From NCBI GenBank assembly GCA_003344405.1, contig NOWV01000226.1, forward strand, positions 1 through 64,000: a DNA stretch of 64,000 nt, written 5' to 3'. Of the stretch, positions 16,222 through 30,108 are shown piece after piece. The translations under genes were made by a program, and so were the position numbers. Numbering within the stretch: position 1 is the stretch's first letter; each line of letters starts with the position of its first letter. Below the pieces are notes generated by a model. The model did no database searches. It was not told the origin of the DNA and saw only the letters and a list, made by a program, of their open reading frames with translations. The DNA is from Trichoplax sp. H2 (lineage: Eukaryota).

Positions 16222-17000
16222 GGATACTAAAGCAAAGAGTCACAGGCTTAGATTATATTAGGAAGTCAAGTTGATTAGGTCAACAGTATGGACAATACAG
16301 AAAGGGAAGTTTTGGAGAATGTCACTCACTGGCAAGAGATGAGCGTAATGTATACAAGACTGTACTGTATATTATTCTCTTAACTTCGATAAGTAAACAT
16401 AAGGTACTGTGTATGCAGAAATACAAGCAGATTTGGATACACTATTTCTGATACTAAAGCAAAGAGTCACACGCTTAGATTTTATATTAGGAAGTCAAGT
16501 TAATTAAATCAACAGTACGGACATACCGTAAGGGAAGTTTTCGACAATGTCCCTGGTAAGTACGGTGGCCGAGAAGGGCCACCATATTACAGTAAAAACA
16601 TGCTCTACAGCGTACAAACTTCCTCTACAGTTGCGCCGCACTGTGGAGGAAGTTTGTACGCTGTAGAGCATGTTTTTACTGTAACATGGTGGCCCTTCTC
16701 GGCCACCGTAGGTAAGAGATGAGCGCGATCTACAGGATACTATACTGTAAATCATTCTCTCAACTTCGATATGTAAACATCCAGTACTATACAGTATATA
16801 CTGTAATATCAGCAGATTTAGATCTACGATGATGATTACAGAATCTTAGCAGTGTTCGGATTACAAAGTACATGCAGTAATCATAATAACCAAATATGTT
16901 ACACTGTACAAGTACAAATTGTCCATTTTAACCATGATTTAACAGTCAACAGTGGCCTAAATTGGAAAATGTCCTTCATTAAAAGTCCAAGCCATTCACT
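16222..17000. other. Probable allelic (haplotype) re-assembly of 15579-16201 across the N-gap at 16202-16221
   Basis: Colinear with 15579-16201 apart from about 8 substitutions, two 5-bp indels and a 150-bp insertion. The duplication begins and ends exactly at the gap. Confidence 0.75.
16561..16710. mobile_element. 150-bp foldback MITE with TACGG...CCGTA termini and 6-bp TSD GGTAAG (IS3EU-like non-autonomous element)
   Basis: 70-bp arms with only 2 mismatches around a 10-bp core. GGTAAG at 16555-16560 and 16711-16716. Empty site with a single GGTAAG at 15917-15922. Confidence 0.92.
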
Positions 17001-17245
17001 GCATGCTCGTGTCTTTCCAAGTCAACCCGAAACCCGACTGGAGGGAGGGATTCGGGTTAAGTAATTCGTTTTCTGATAGAGTGTTTGTATAGTGATTGTA
17101 CTCATTTCGGGTTTTCAAAATCAACAATTTGATGGGGTTGGATCGGGTTTGATCGGGTTCGGTTTGCCTTTATACTGTACTGACACTGTGTACAGTGTAC
17201 AGTATCATGGACTACTCAATACTAAGTATTGTGTCCTGTACAGTA

Positions 17246-17530
17246 TTTAGTACAGTAGTCCATGACAGTATTGTACTGTACAGTACAGTACTGCATTCCC
17301 TACTGACCTCACTTGTACAGTACAGTACATTGTACGGTAGTAAAAATGAATAATCATACTGTAATAATAGAAATGATAATAAATACAGTATTTAGTACAG
17401 TAGTCCATGACTTTATTGTACTGTACACTGTACACTACTGCATTCACTACTAACCTCACTTGTACAGTACAGTACATTGTACGGTAGTAAAAATGAATAA
17501 TCATACAGTAATAATAGAAATGAGAATAAA
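17246..17530. repeat. Tandem duplication of a ~145-bp ACAGT-rich unit
   Basis: TTTAGTACAGTAGTCCATGAC...AATAATAGAAATGA occurs at 17246 and 17391. Confidence 0.85.
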
Positions 17531-17573
17531 TAAATAAATAATAATAATGAATTCATAAGCCTCATGATTTCAG

Positions 17574-17581
17574 TGACGTCA
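17574..17581. promoter_or_regulatory. Palindromic CRE (TGACGTCA) ~560 bp upstream of the ATG2 start
   Basis: Exact motif only; function unproven. Confidence 0.25.
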
Positions 17582-18137
17582 GCGTAGCTCGGCTCCTGTC
17601 AGGTAACAAGTGCAGCGATGCCGATACTAGTGTGAGTAGTATATGAGTTGTATGGAGATCAATCCACCAATCGTTCACCGTACTCTATTACCGATGTTAC
17701 ACTTGTGTATCAGCTGAATGAGGATTTGCGGTACTTTTGCCATATGACTTTGGTAAAGCTTTTAATAACAACAATAATAATAATAATAATATTGCAGTAG
17801 TACTTAACAGCAATCGGCAAGGTGCACGCCAAGACGAAAATAAACTTCAATGCAGTAAAACTGTTCAAGAGCTACGGCAAGACCATAAACAATCCTGACG
17901 TAATGTTGTACATGAAGAAGAAATTGACACGGCGTTAATTCAAAATTTCCACATGTCCACTTTCCAAATACTGATTACTTTCATGAATTAGAATATACAA
18001 GTCTAGAGAGAAAGTATCTCCCCAAAGCTTTCCATCTTTCATTCAATAAAACCTTTTAGTCCGTCTCTGGCACTCAACACTATTATACTGCCATTATAAT
18101 CAATCATTTCAAGTCACCAAGAATCAAAATAGATGAT

Positions 18138-21100
18138 ATGAATATGTTTCCTCTTTGGCCTGAAGCTTTAAAGAAGCGAACATTACGTTACTTGATACAA
18201 AATTACTTAGGCAATTTCTTTCTCAAGAAATTGTCTTTAGAACAGCTATCGATTGATTTATACCAAGGGACAGGAACGATCGTAGACATTCCGTTGGATG
18301 TAGAAGTAAGTATCATGGCCTAAAATTGTCGAGAAGGATGTCTTCTACTATGAGTTGTAGTTTACAATTATAGTTGTTACTGATAGCATACGATGGCATA
18401 ACTGTATAGCTTCCTATCTGCCTTTAGCTTCAATCATGTTTTGACTACAGCACTGTATCATTACAGACATTTCTAGAACAACACTGTACTACTGATTGAT
18501 TGAATTGACGCACACCATCATACTGCAGACGCTCAAAGTCATTTACTAGATCAAGATAGACGCTGTAAATGTTAGAAATCTCCGTTGGATTTCTTGATCA
18601 ACTCATTCGACAACAGTACCGTACTGTTTTTACTCTTTAATATCGATGGCTTAGTGACATAGTACAGTATGGTCAGAGTAGGCAGTATGCTTCAAAAATA
18701 CGTACAATGATACTATACAGAATATCATGGTTTTGGAAGATGATCGTCGTAGGTAAACATTGCATTCTAGCACAAATTATCTATCGCTGTCTCTGGGCTG
18801 TATCGAATTGAATAACTGTAAACCACAGTAATCACCAGTGCATTTCCCATATTACGCCTCGAGTTAATTTATCAAAACAAGCCAATCTCGCAGTGTAGAA
18901 TAAAGAAACAAGGCATTCCCATTTGCGCTCTCTACAAACACACCTAATCGATTGACCTAATATCCTTGCAATAATAGTAAACTACATTTCTCAACTTATT
19001 TCACGGTTTTTCAATCCTATTTTACTGCTGTAGCTATTAAGAGTATTATAAGACTTAAATTGAACGACAATTATGAATTATTGCATTAGGCTGTCAATGA
19101 TATCCTTCAACAGTTCAATTTACCTTTTGCCCTAACATCCGGTACAATTGAGAAAATAGCCGTCTCCATTCCTTGGTCGGACTTGATGGGTAACAGTTGT
19201 ACGTTGTATGTCAAAGGCCTAGAATTAATTCTAAGTGCTAAAACCGATTCTAACATAGGTAGGTTTAATGAGGTAAATTTGCGTAACTAAAATGATAAAT
19301 CTTGATTCTATATAGTAGCCAGGATATCGCTACATTTAACGAGCATTTCTTACGCTAATCTTGGTCCGAAAGGAATACATTTTTTTAATATTTTATTTCT
19401 CCAATTTCTCATAACCTCTTGTATACAAGCTAACTTGTTATTAGTATTCCTCATTACTAATATCTCATAAAGGATTCGTAGCTTATGATATAAAAAGTTG
19501 CCAAATAGCCTAATTTATAGGCTAGGAACACTTTCATTACTCGGTGTTAGCAGACCATTTCCCGGAATATTAAAGACTTCTCATTTATTATAGAGAAAAT
19601 GGCGGATTCCTTTCTACGAAGTTCAACAATGGCAGCAAGGTGATATTGCTATATTATACAGTGATTTCCATAACAGAAGTAAATAAATCTTTGTTGAAAT
19701 CATAACACACCTTCTAACCTTTAACATTTCGTACTTAAATGTTGATGTATTGTACTATACATAATGTTTCTTCCACTATACGATATCTTCAAAGATATCA
19801 TTAAACTATACGCATAAAAAGCAATATAACTGACAATAACGTCACGAATATGCAAATTATAAACAGTTTATGGCTAGATATACAGTATATTTTCGATCTA
19901 TTTATCATTAATTTATGTTAATTCTGTATGGATCAAAATGAATTTATTTCATTGACAAATAAATCCATGCACATATCAAGACAATTACAGTGTTCTTTTA
20001 TATAAACAGTGTTCAAATTGCTCAAGAATGCTTTTTAAAAGAGGAAGAAAACCAATTTACTACGAATCGTAAATTTGAAGGATTAGAAACATTTGCAAAA
20101 TCCATCGAATCAAGTGCGTATCTCAAATAAATTACAATTACCTAGTGTTGTATAGCACCGTAAAATAATGAAGTTACTTTACCGTATGAATGCGGTGGAT
20201 TAACAATAGCACATTTGTAAAATTTATACTTCTAAAATTTGGGCAGCGCGATAGTATTAATTTAATGGGTACAATGAAATCGAATGTGTATAGTAATAGA
20301 CTACGCCGATATACAGTATTTGTAACCAAATTTAATATTAACTGATCATTTTTGGCTAGTTCTCTCTCGTATTGAGGTAACATTCGAGGACACAGTTGTA
20401 AGATTCGAGGAACTTTCTAATTCAAACATTGGCATTGGCTTAGAAATTCACATTCAACGGTAATATAGTAATGGCTAGATTTTCATAATTCAAAGTAAGC
20501 TATCGATACTTGATAATTAAGCAATGCATGTTTAAATTTACTAAAGAAAGGAAAGCCGAATTCTAGATAAATTAATATTTAAAAGTATGCAGAATCAAAA
20601 AAAACTAGTCCATTATATCAAAATTGACCAGTTTTTAAATATTGAAATTCTAGCGTAAATTTCATCATATTATGCATACCAATCATTACAGCATAGCTGA
20701 AAAGATGTTCAAGAGACGGCCAGTCTTTCTATAGGAACCTAAGACTTTCAATATTTCCAACATATCAATTTACAACTGAAAAGTGATATAATAAACTTTT
20801 AGAAACGGAGACAATTGAATTACAATGTTAACTACAGTGCCGTTAGCTATAGCTAATGAAATTGCAATAGGTTTTATAATAGAACCAAAAAATTGAATAC
20901 CTGCACTTTAATCATGACAGGTTACGCTATTCTGACAACCAGGATGAGGCAGATATCAATACTGTTAATCCTGAAGACCTTTACAACTTAAACAAAAGAA
21001 CTGCTACGAATTTAAGTGCTCAAAAATTTTTGTCATTACACGGCGTCTCATTGCATGTAGACGAATTTGATGACTCTGTTGGAACTTTAAAACAAGAACC

Positions 21101-24100
21101 GCTCGATGATTCTGAGTTTCGAAGCTGCCTAAATGACAGCATGTCTGAATCCATGATCAACACTAGATTTACTGCAAGTCAAAGCTATACTAGAACGCGA
21201 AAAGATATTAATTATACCATGCTTTCAACCAAGATTGCGGCATTTTCTGGCAAACAGGAAATAACATTTAAATTTGATAACAGTCAAGCAAGACAACGGG
21301 TAATTACTGCTATTTAAAAGTAAAGAAACTATACATATATCTTTGGCTATTAATATAAATGTCTATTAACATTATTATTCCTATTAATATAGCTGGAAAT
21401 CGACTGTTGCTTTAGTACTTTAAATGTTTTCGCGACGTCCAAGCATATATGTATGTTAACAGAAGTAATTTCAGCCTTGGCATCTCCAGGTGAGTGTACT
21501 CTATAATAACAGATTATGCTAATACTTACACGTATATATTCAATAGAATAAATAACTTTAGTCACATTCTTTATAACGATCATCTACAGATTTAAATTTC
21601 TCGTTGCAGCTCAATTGTATATTGTATTTATTCAAGATTTAATTCTCTTGCAGTTAATGGAAATTACAACGAAAAGAAATTTCAAAGAATAGTAAATAAA
21701 CCAATGAAAAAAGAAGATTTTCATCGAGTGGAATTAGATTTAGAGCAACAGCTCGGAAATAAACGGAATCAGGGCTTTGATTCACTAATTAATAGCAACT
21801 ACATTGGGTAAGTGAATACAAAATATTTAGTACGTTCGTTATTGTTGACTTTTACCTTGAAAGAAATCTTATTACTAAACAGCGATTTAGAAGCATCGAC
21901 CGACCCTTGTTCCTTGGATGATTCAGAAAGTTTTTATTCGTTTCATGGCAATCATCCATCATCGGAATTAACCAGTCCTACGACGCCGAAAACTTCAAAT
22001 GATTCAAAGCCTGGTAAAGTGATATTCACTTTATAATACTAATTTAATACTAATTACTGTTGGCTAAGATATATTCGCTTTTCTTTATTTGAATCTTTTC
22101 TTACTTAGATGGACGAAAAACTTTCACGTATTCATCGAATTCATCTTCAAATAATAATATATCAGATGCTGCCGTAACGCAAACCCATGTATTGGTCAAA
22201 GCTATATTTTCAAGTATATCGATCACTGTCATAAACGTTCAGCTGACATCACCGTCATCGTCTATAGATAAGGAAAACTATTTCGACTTCTCTGACATCA
22301 ATGTTCAATTCTTTAATATCGTGGATAAAGAATTTAAGGAAGGTTTTGGTAGAAAGGATTTTGAAAAAGTGGAATCAGTGTACTGTCGAGCATGCAAACA
22401 TGATCATTTGCGGTAACTTGTAATATTACCCTTCATAATATAATTTTATTAAGCCTTTATATGACATCTTGCATTTATTTTAACACAACATGTATTTACT
22501 GTAATCAGGTTAATCATGGCTCCCTTAACGCTGCAATGTGAAATTTCTTCGGACACATTATCGATAGAGACCAAAATTGGTGCGATTGAATTGATAGAAC
22601 ACTTTTATCGCGGTAATACGTATGATGGTTGTGCTACTGGAAAGATTGGTAAAACAAACCAGGTTGGAGCCAATATTATAGCTTAGTAGCAAATAAATAG
22701 GTCTGACTTATGCGTGGTGTATTTAAATTGCTTATAGTTGCTTTCATCGACATTTGCTGGTTATCCTAATCGATTTAAACCAGATACACCATCGAAAAAT
22801 ACGAATGAACCATTTTTGGTTGTTGGAATGACCAAACATTCTTCGTCGAGGGTGTGTTGCTTAGTTATTTTTTATTATGTTTAGCATAATAATAACATTT
22901 TCAACTATTTAATTCAAACAATATACATTTGCTTCATGTTGTATGCATATCTTGTAATCAAAGAACAACGTCAATGCCAGTACAAAAGTCAATCTCAAAT
23001 TAAATGCTCCTTTGTATTGCGAGCTGGATATCACTTTTATGGATCGGTGGCATGAGTTATTCAGTCTTCGTAGAAAATTCAGTAACTCCGCATCCCATAG
23101 CGGTCAATTTCGTAAACAGAACTCTAATGTAAGCATTAGTTGACTAAAATTGTGCATTTAAAGTTTACAGAACGTATACTCTTTGACATGACAATATTTA
23201 ATAGACCATGCAGGGAATTTTCCGGCAAACATTAGAAGAACCAAGTTCATCTTCGCAAGATCTTGCACTTAAAGTTAATGTTGCTTATCTTATCATGTCA
23301 GTTCGGTAAGGCGATCTACCTAATGTTTTCGTGAAAAAATTGTAATTTCTTTGTCATTATATATTTTTACTAGTTTTCCCATCGCTGACAAGCGACCAAG
23401 CTATGACCCTTGTCGTCATCAGTGGTGGCAGTACTCTCTTAGGGAAGAAAGGCTGATATTAAATTTTTCAAAGATTGAAGCGGATATCTCGAGAAATTCA
23501 GATGACAATATTTTGTACGATTTCGCGTTTAAAGATATGAAAGGTGATATTATATATTTATGTGTCCATATGTGTATATAAGCAGCTACTTGATAGCAAA
23601 CATAACTTAATAAAGCTAGCTAATGAAACTAAATGTCTTTTGTAATGTAACGAAATTCTAGGTTACATAGTGACTGCTGATGATGGCGACCTAATTCAGC
23701 TACTTACAACTGATGTTAATCAAAGTTCAGGTGAAGGAATAGATAGGGATCTAGTATCGTCTAGGTGAGATGCAGTATTAAACAGTTTATTATTATTTTT
23801 TAACTGAATTATATCTGTGTACACGAGTATCTAATTCGCTAAACCGTGTTTAATTTGATCTGTTGAAGGATTATAATACATGTACAAAATCCTCAAAGGA
23901 TATCTGCGTTAGAAGATTCCGAAATACGGGAAACGCAGTCTCAGAATGCAGATAGTGAATTTCAATTACCTAGAAGTGAACCATCACCGTTTTCTAGAAA
24001 ACAAGTAATATACGAAGCTGAAAAAGTAAGCTTTTATTGTGTGTAATACTTTATTTGGGTGCTAGATTTGTCTTATACTAAGAGCTCCCTAATTTACAAA

Positions 24101-27100
24101 TAAATCTTCCCTTCTGTTATTTTTTATAAGCTTATTGTTGCTGGCGATGAAGCGGAAATGATAGAATTTCAAGAAAGTGCATCTTCTACTGCAAGAGTAC
24201 ATATTGAAATTAGTTTACCAGATGTAGAACTGTTCCTTCCTGATCACAATACGTTGGAGTTATTATATAATAGGTTAGCAATTGCTTTGAGAATTCCCAT
24301 GGCAAGTATTGCAAATTGACGATAAGTTCATTACTTTAATATTATACTCGATGTGGAACAGGTTAAGTAATGATTTGCTGTTATGGGAACCATCGGCTCC
24401 TATCCCAGCTATAAGTCAGTCTTGGACAGATTGTACTGATGGACTTGGAATAACGAGCAACTTATTATTAGAACGTCAAGACAAGTTCGTGATGTGTAAA
24501 TCGTCCATCAAGCAAGGTAAGCGATTGAGATTTATAAATAAGCAACCAGTTATTCTATGTACTTATTAATAACATTATAACTTTGCTTATTAATATATGA
24601 CTCTTATCTAATTACCTAACATAATTCTAAACTATATCATTAGAATCATTCTCTTCCTCGGATGAGGATGAAAGCAATCCACCACTTAATTTACAAAAAA
24701 ACAAAAAACGATCACGAACCAGCAATAATCGTAGTAATATAGGGGTAACGTTACACTTTGGACATGCCAGAATAGGTTTTTGTTCTGAAATTCAGGTAAT
24801 GAAGCTATTTGAGTAGCCTAATATCTTACTCAATACGCTTACTTTTGTTAAATTTTATATCGATTAACGTTCCTATATCTGGCTCATTTAGGATTATCGC
24901 CTTAAGCAAGTATTTGTCATTGATAACCTGTGCGTGTTCGTAGTTTCAAACTATGAAGGAATTGAGGGGTTACAGTATATTTGCGCTCATACTGGCTCCG
25001 TATGGTTGTATCAAGGCATAATATATGATATGCTATCGGAGGATAATAATAATTGTAATGTAGACGGTAATAACATCATTTGATATACGTTTTAATAGTT
25101 TATCTTATTACCTGAAATTTTGGGCTGTGCGATGTGTAATATAGGCAGCTCTAATGTTATACCATTATATTGACAGATTTACGTTTAATAATCCATCCAG
25201 CTGTTAGACCAAATGAAAATAACCAATACGTTGATGCTACTGCTAGCAAAAATAAGATGCTCTACTTAGCTGTAAAAATATCTTATAATGAAGTGCAACA
25301 TGTAAAGGTATAGCATGATACAATATTGCATTTAGCGTAGTAATGATACTAATACGTATCATATGTTAAGGATGCTATTGTAGCCTTAAATTTGAAGTAC
25401 GCTGTTCTAAAGCATGAAATCGTACCTAAAGAACAAAATTGGCTAACTCAAGTACTGCAGTATAATAGAATGTTTCCATTACGATTCATTTGGCAAGGGT
25501 GTGCTGTTATGCTATAACTGACAAACTAAATTGATATTACTCTTAAAAATTGCTTGCAGGTACAAAATTTCTTCGATGTAATAGATATTAGCGTACCTGG
25601 TTATGTGCCAGCTACTAATGTAACGATGGTAAATGTAAACGTATTTGATTGTGGGATCGATTATAGGTAATGTAAGCATATGTAATATTGCCCATGGAAA
25701 TATTTCTTCAGTCTAACATGATATCAAAAATCTCTTTGCATATTCAGGCCACGACATTTGCAACATTGCTGCTATGTAGACATAGGAACACTATATCTAT
25801 CAACAAATGTTGTCGCTAAGGCATCGTCGTCACTTTTGAGGTATTGACTGTAGCGTTGATGGTACATCTGTGGCATATTTACGATTTAGTATCACCATAT
25901 TAGCGGCCTTAACTATATACCCATCTTACTGACTAACTAGGATAATATTACAAAATGCTTTCTTACACATATCCGGCAATAAAATCACCGAATTGATCGA
26001 TTTATCTTCAGGTATTATGACTTGATCGATGAATATGTAATGGTTAAGTCATATACAGCCCACAAAACTTGCAAATGTAATGTCATTACCCCAAAGCTGC
26101 ATACAAGTTATACTATCTGTTTTGTAACAATAATTAGATTATGCCAAAGTTATAGAAGTCAAGGTATTCGATGTTATCATCCGATTGCAGGAAGATCCTG
26201 ATAAGGCAGGAAATCTTTAATCAAAATAGATGATTTATTTCCTGTTAATACTAACTTTTATCAATTTCATGAGATAAGATTTCTGATTACATTTACTAAT
26301 TTGATAACATGAAATGCAGAAAGTTCCTAAGGTGGACATTTCCGCCGCTAGAAATTCAATAGTTATTACGACATGTGCGGATTCGCTTCAAGCGCTTATG
26401 AATATCATGCAATATATGGCATCAGATGGGGACTTGAACGATGAGATATTTGACGATTCCAATAACGTGAATATTTATATAACTTTGTTTGATCAAAGGA
26501 TAAATCCATTTCAAATTTATGTTTATTATAATTAAAACTATTAATCAATTGTTATTATCTTATACTAGAGCTTGCAAGTTCATAGCAACCCACAAAATGA
26601 ACCTGTCGTTGACGTTGAAGATTTAATTCTTGATGCTATTAATGAATCTCCTGACGAACGATTAAATGTATGTGTTCTGAAGATGGGAAGTCATTTTTTG
26701 GCTTTTAAAATCGTGGTACTAGATAGCTGTAACTCATTATAATTTGCAGGTGAACGCAGCAAGTAAATCCGAAGGTAGCGATAACAAAAAGTGGGAATTA
26801 GATACTGAAATCTGTCATTCGAACACGTTGGAAGACAGATATGAATATCAATCAAATGACAAAGATAATCTCAAAATATCAGTGAATGAAGAATTTGAAG
26901 TTATTGATCTTCCTTATTCAAATCGTCAGGTATGATTAACATAAACCTACAGATAAATAGATTCTATGTTTTGTATTAATGTAATCCGCATAAAGGATAA
27001 CCGTATAAAAATATTATTTTTGAAATCAGTTCACTGCAAAATATTTGCGTAAATATGTATATCCATAATTAAAGTATGTTAAAGTATTTTTGCATATCAC

Positions 27101-30100
27101 TTACTATTTTTACGTTAGTAAATTTTAAAACTGGTCTGCAGTTTTTATTTTAACCAAATATTTCACTACAGGAATCAGCTCCTTTAGTAGAGAAATTAAT
27201 CGATGAAGACATTGTGCTAGCGGAGAGTCATTTTACTCCAACGGTGTGTACATTCGCTTGTACTAAATAAATTTAGGAAATTATCATAGTTAATGTTTAA
27301 CATTACGATAACGCTGTTAAAAATTTATCACTTATTGAAATAGAATTCGCGTTTGGATGCACTAGCAGCTCCCCCACATTTTCCTATTCCTATTGCACGG
27401 TATAGTTTAAGTGGATTGGATTTAGTATGGCGTTTACACAGTGGCAATGACTTTATGAAAGGAAAGCACTCTGAAAAAAACGAAGAGAAAGACGACATCG
27501 CTAACACCGAAGCGGCCCCTGCCCAGAGTAGACCCAAGTATAATAGTTATTGATAACTACTGTTTATTAACTTAGGCCAGGATAATAACATTGAAAACTT
27601 TATACCACGTTAGCTCATCAAACGGGACTGAAGCGTGGAAATATCAAGAGCGTGATAACAATTCTTACATGGAATTTTTTTTTGATAAGGTAAGATAAAA
27701 CTTCTATAACATTACGTTCTGTGTACTCTAGATTACTAACGTATATTTATTATCTCACAGATCCGATTAAATTATGAAGAATATCCTGAAGAGTGTGAAC
27801 AATTTTCAAGAATTGTATTTATTATTCGTGAAATGGAAATTCGAGATAATCTGTCTGTATCGCAATTTAAAAAATTTATGTACTTATACTCATCAACGGA
27901 TGTACCACGACAGACATATGCGGATATGGTAAGAAATTCATGTTCCAATGCGAATAATTAATTTATTTATTTATTAAAAAGTCTTTATGAGATCAAAAAC
28001 TTCCTATAATAATTTCGAAATCTTTCCTTTTCAGTTAACGCTGAAATTGCTATTCCTTCGTCCGGAGCCTTTACAATCAATGAAAGAATGTTGCCTAAAG
28101 GTGTCAGTACTACCACTGAGATTTAATATCGATCAGGTCGGAGTAGGAATATATCTGTATTTGTATTATAGCCGGTTTGATATAATATACTAATAATAGG
28201 CTTCCTATTCACTTCTAGGATGCGTTAATATTTTTAAGAAAATTTTTTACGACCGTCAATGGTAATACAGTAATAAACTAATTCGTTTATTATCTTTGAT
28301 ATTGATGATATTTAAGCAATTGATACGCATGCTTCTGATAAAATAGGATAGGTACTATATCAGTATGTCAAATTTTTATTCTATTTGGAAAATAAATTAA
28401 ATGTGTACACTTATACTGACACCTTGCTGTTCACAGAATTATCATTGGCAGTCAATGTAGAGTGTAGTGATACTGACATGCAAAATCGTGAACCTTCGCT
28501 TCCTATTGTACAAGATGCAGCCGCTGTAAGAAATATTTAGTAATATCAAAAGATTCTACGCAGCGATTTGAATTGCAAACCCTTGCATACGTTTAATGCA
28601 GATAACTACTTAAAATATTAGTAATATTATCAAAGCTCCGAACTTTATTTTGTGGCAGTACTGTACTACAGCTATTATGTAAACCTATATTTTTACTGAT
28701 TTTCTAAACACAGATTAGCTCGCACGAACCAGACGGATCAATAGACGATACAAACAGCGAGATACCTCCTTTGTATATCAAATCTTTCGTATTTACACCA
28801 GATTTACTGATTAGAATTGATTATCAGGGTAAAAGAATTGATACGCAACAGGTAGATCAATAATACTACTAATTTGTGTATGTACGTGATTGTCTTTCGT
28901 TAGGCAATGCAATATTAGATACTTTATTATGTCAGACATATTACATACATGATTTTGTTGGATAGGGCTTAATTGCTGGTATCATAATGGGCTTAGCGCA
29001 ATTTAATAGTTCAGAATTAAAGTTTAAGTCTCTCTCATGCAAGAGCGGGTAAGACTATTTTATGATATCATGAAATATTAAATAATTTTTACTTTACAAC
29101 TAATCTCATATTAATTTAAAGTTACTAACTGTAAGAAAATCTTTCTGATTAAAATGCTGCTTTCTTAAAAGATTGCTTGGTTTTAATAAACTACTGGAAT
29201 ATATCACTACTGAATGGTTGAATCACTTAAAGAGTCAATTTCCTACTTTGCTTGGTTCTGTTGGACCAATGACAACTATCGTACAATTAAGTATGAAGAT
29301 TAATGGAAATTAATTTTTAGAATATTTTTGATTGAATTGCGACTTTTACTAATTTTCCCATCTACAATATAATATAAAATTGTGACCCTCAATACTTGCA
29401 GTTCATGGATTTGTTGATTTATTGTGGTTGCCCGTACAGCAATATCGCAAAGACGGTAGAATTCTACGTGGTGTTCAACGTGGTGCAAGTTCGTTCACAA
29501 CATCGTCGACTACAGCTTTACTAGAATTTACAGGGCGCATTATTTCTGCTTTACAGGTATTCTACATTTTTGAGTTATTACATACTGATTTATGTAAGAT
29601 TTATTGCAGGCTTTATTTATTTATAGCATGCAGCAGAGTTTACTTATAATATCGTAACTCCAGAAGTCCCTGGCAGTAAACAACGAATTCAGCATCGACA
29701 TGTTGCTATTAGAAAATCGAATAATGCCCCAGCTAATGTTAAGGAAGGATTATCGAGGGCAATGCAAGTAGTAACGGAGGTAACAAGAGAAAGATGTTGC
29801 ACTTGCACTTGCTTATGTACTGTACGACTATCGTTTTATTATTCAATTTGTTCTACTTATAGGGATTTAATGAAACAGCATCAACAATGATGTACGTTGC
29901 TTCCAGGGAGCGCGAAGAAAAAGGTGTTTCTGGAGCTGTGGGTGGAATATTGAAACGGTTACCTTCTGCAGTAGTTCAGCCATTTATATTAGCAACTCAG
30001 GCAACTAATCAAGTGATTGATGGTGTTAAAAATCAACTAGTGCCTGACGCATTACACGAAGCAACGGAGAAATGGAAAGCAGAAAAAAGTGATGAAGACT

Positions 30101-30108
30101 TACAATAA
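18138..30108 (+). CDS. ATG2: Autophagy-related protein 2 (lipid transfer protein), ~40 short exons
   Basis: N-terminal chorein-N segment WPEALKKRTLRYLIQNYLGNFFLKKLSLEQLSIDLYQGTG. Internal motifs LSNDLLLWEPSAP, TCADSLQALMNIMQYMASDGDL, SVLPLRFNIDQDAL and IRIDYQGKR. C-terminal LWLPVQQYRKDGRILRGVQRGASSF and GVSGAVGGILKRLP...EKWK. Confidence 0.96.

Noticed and set aside
16850..17188. Possible hAT element from CAGTGTT to ACACTG enclosing AACCCGA/TCGGGTT motifs
   Set aside because: Only a 6-bp terminal match and no TSD.
23091..23099. CATCCCATA, resembling the ZNF410 binding motif
   Set aside because: Single partial match inside an ATG2 coding exon; likely chance.
25016..25020. Apparent GC donor in ATG2 (CAAG|GCATA)
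   Set aside because: The frame stays open to a canonical GT donor at ~25067.
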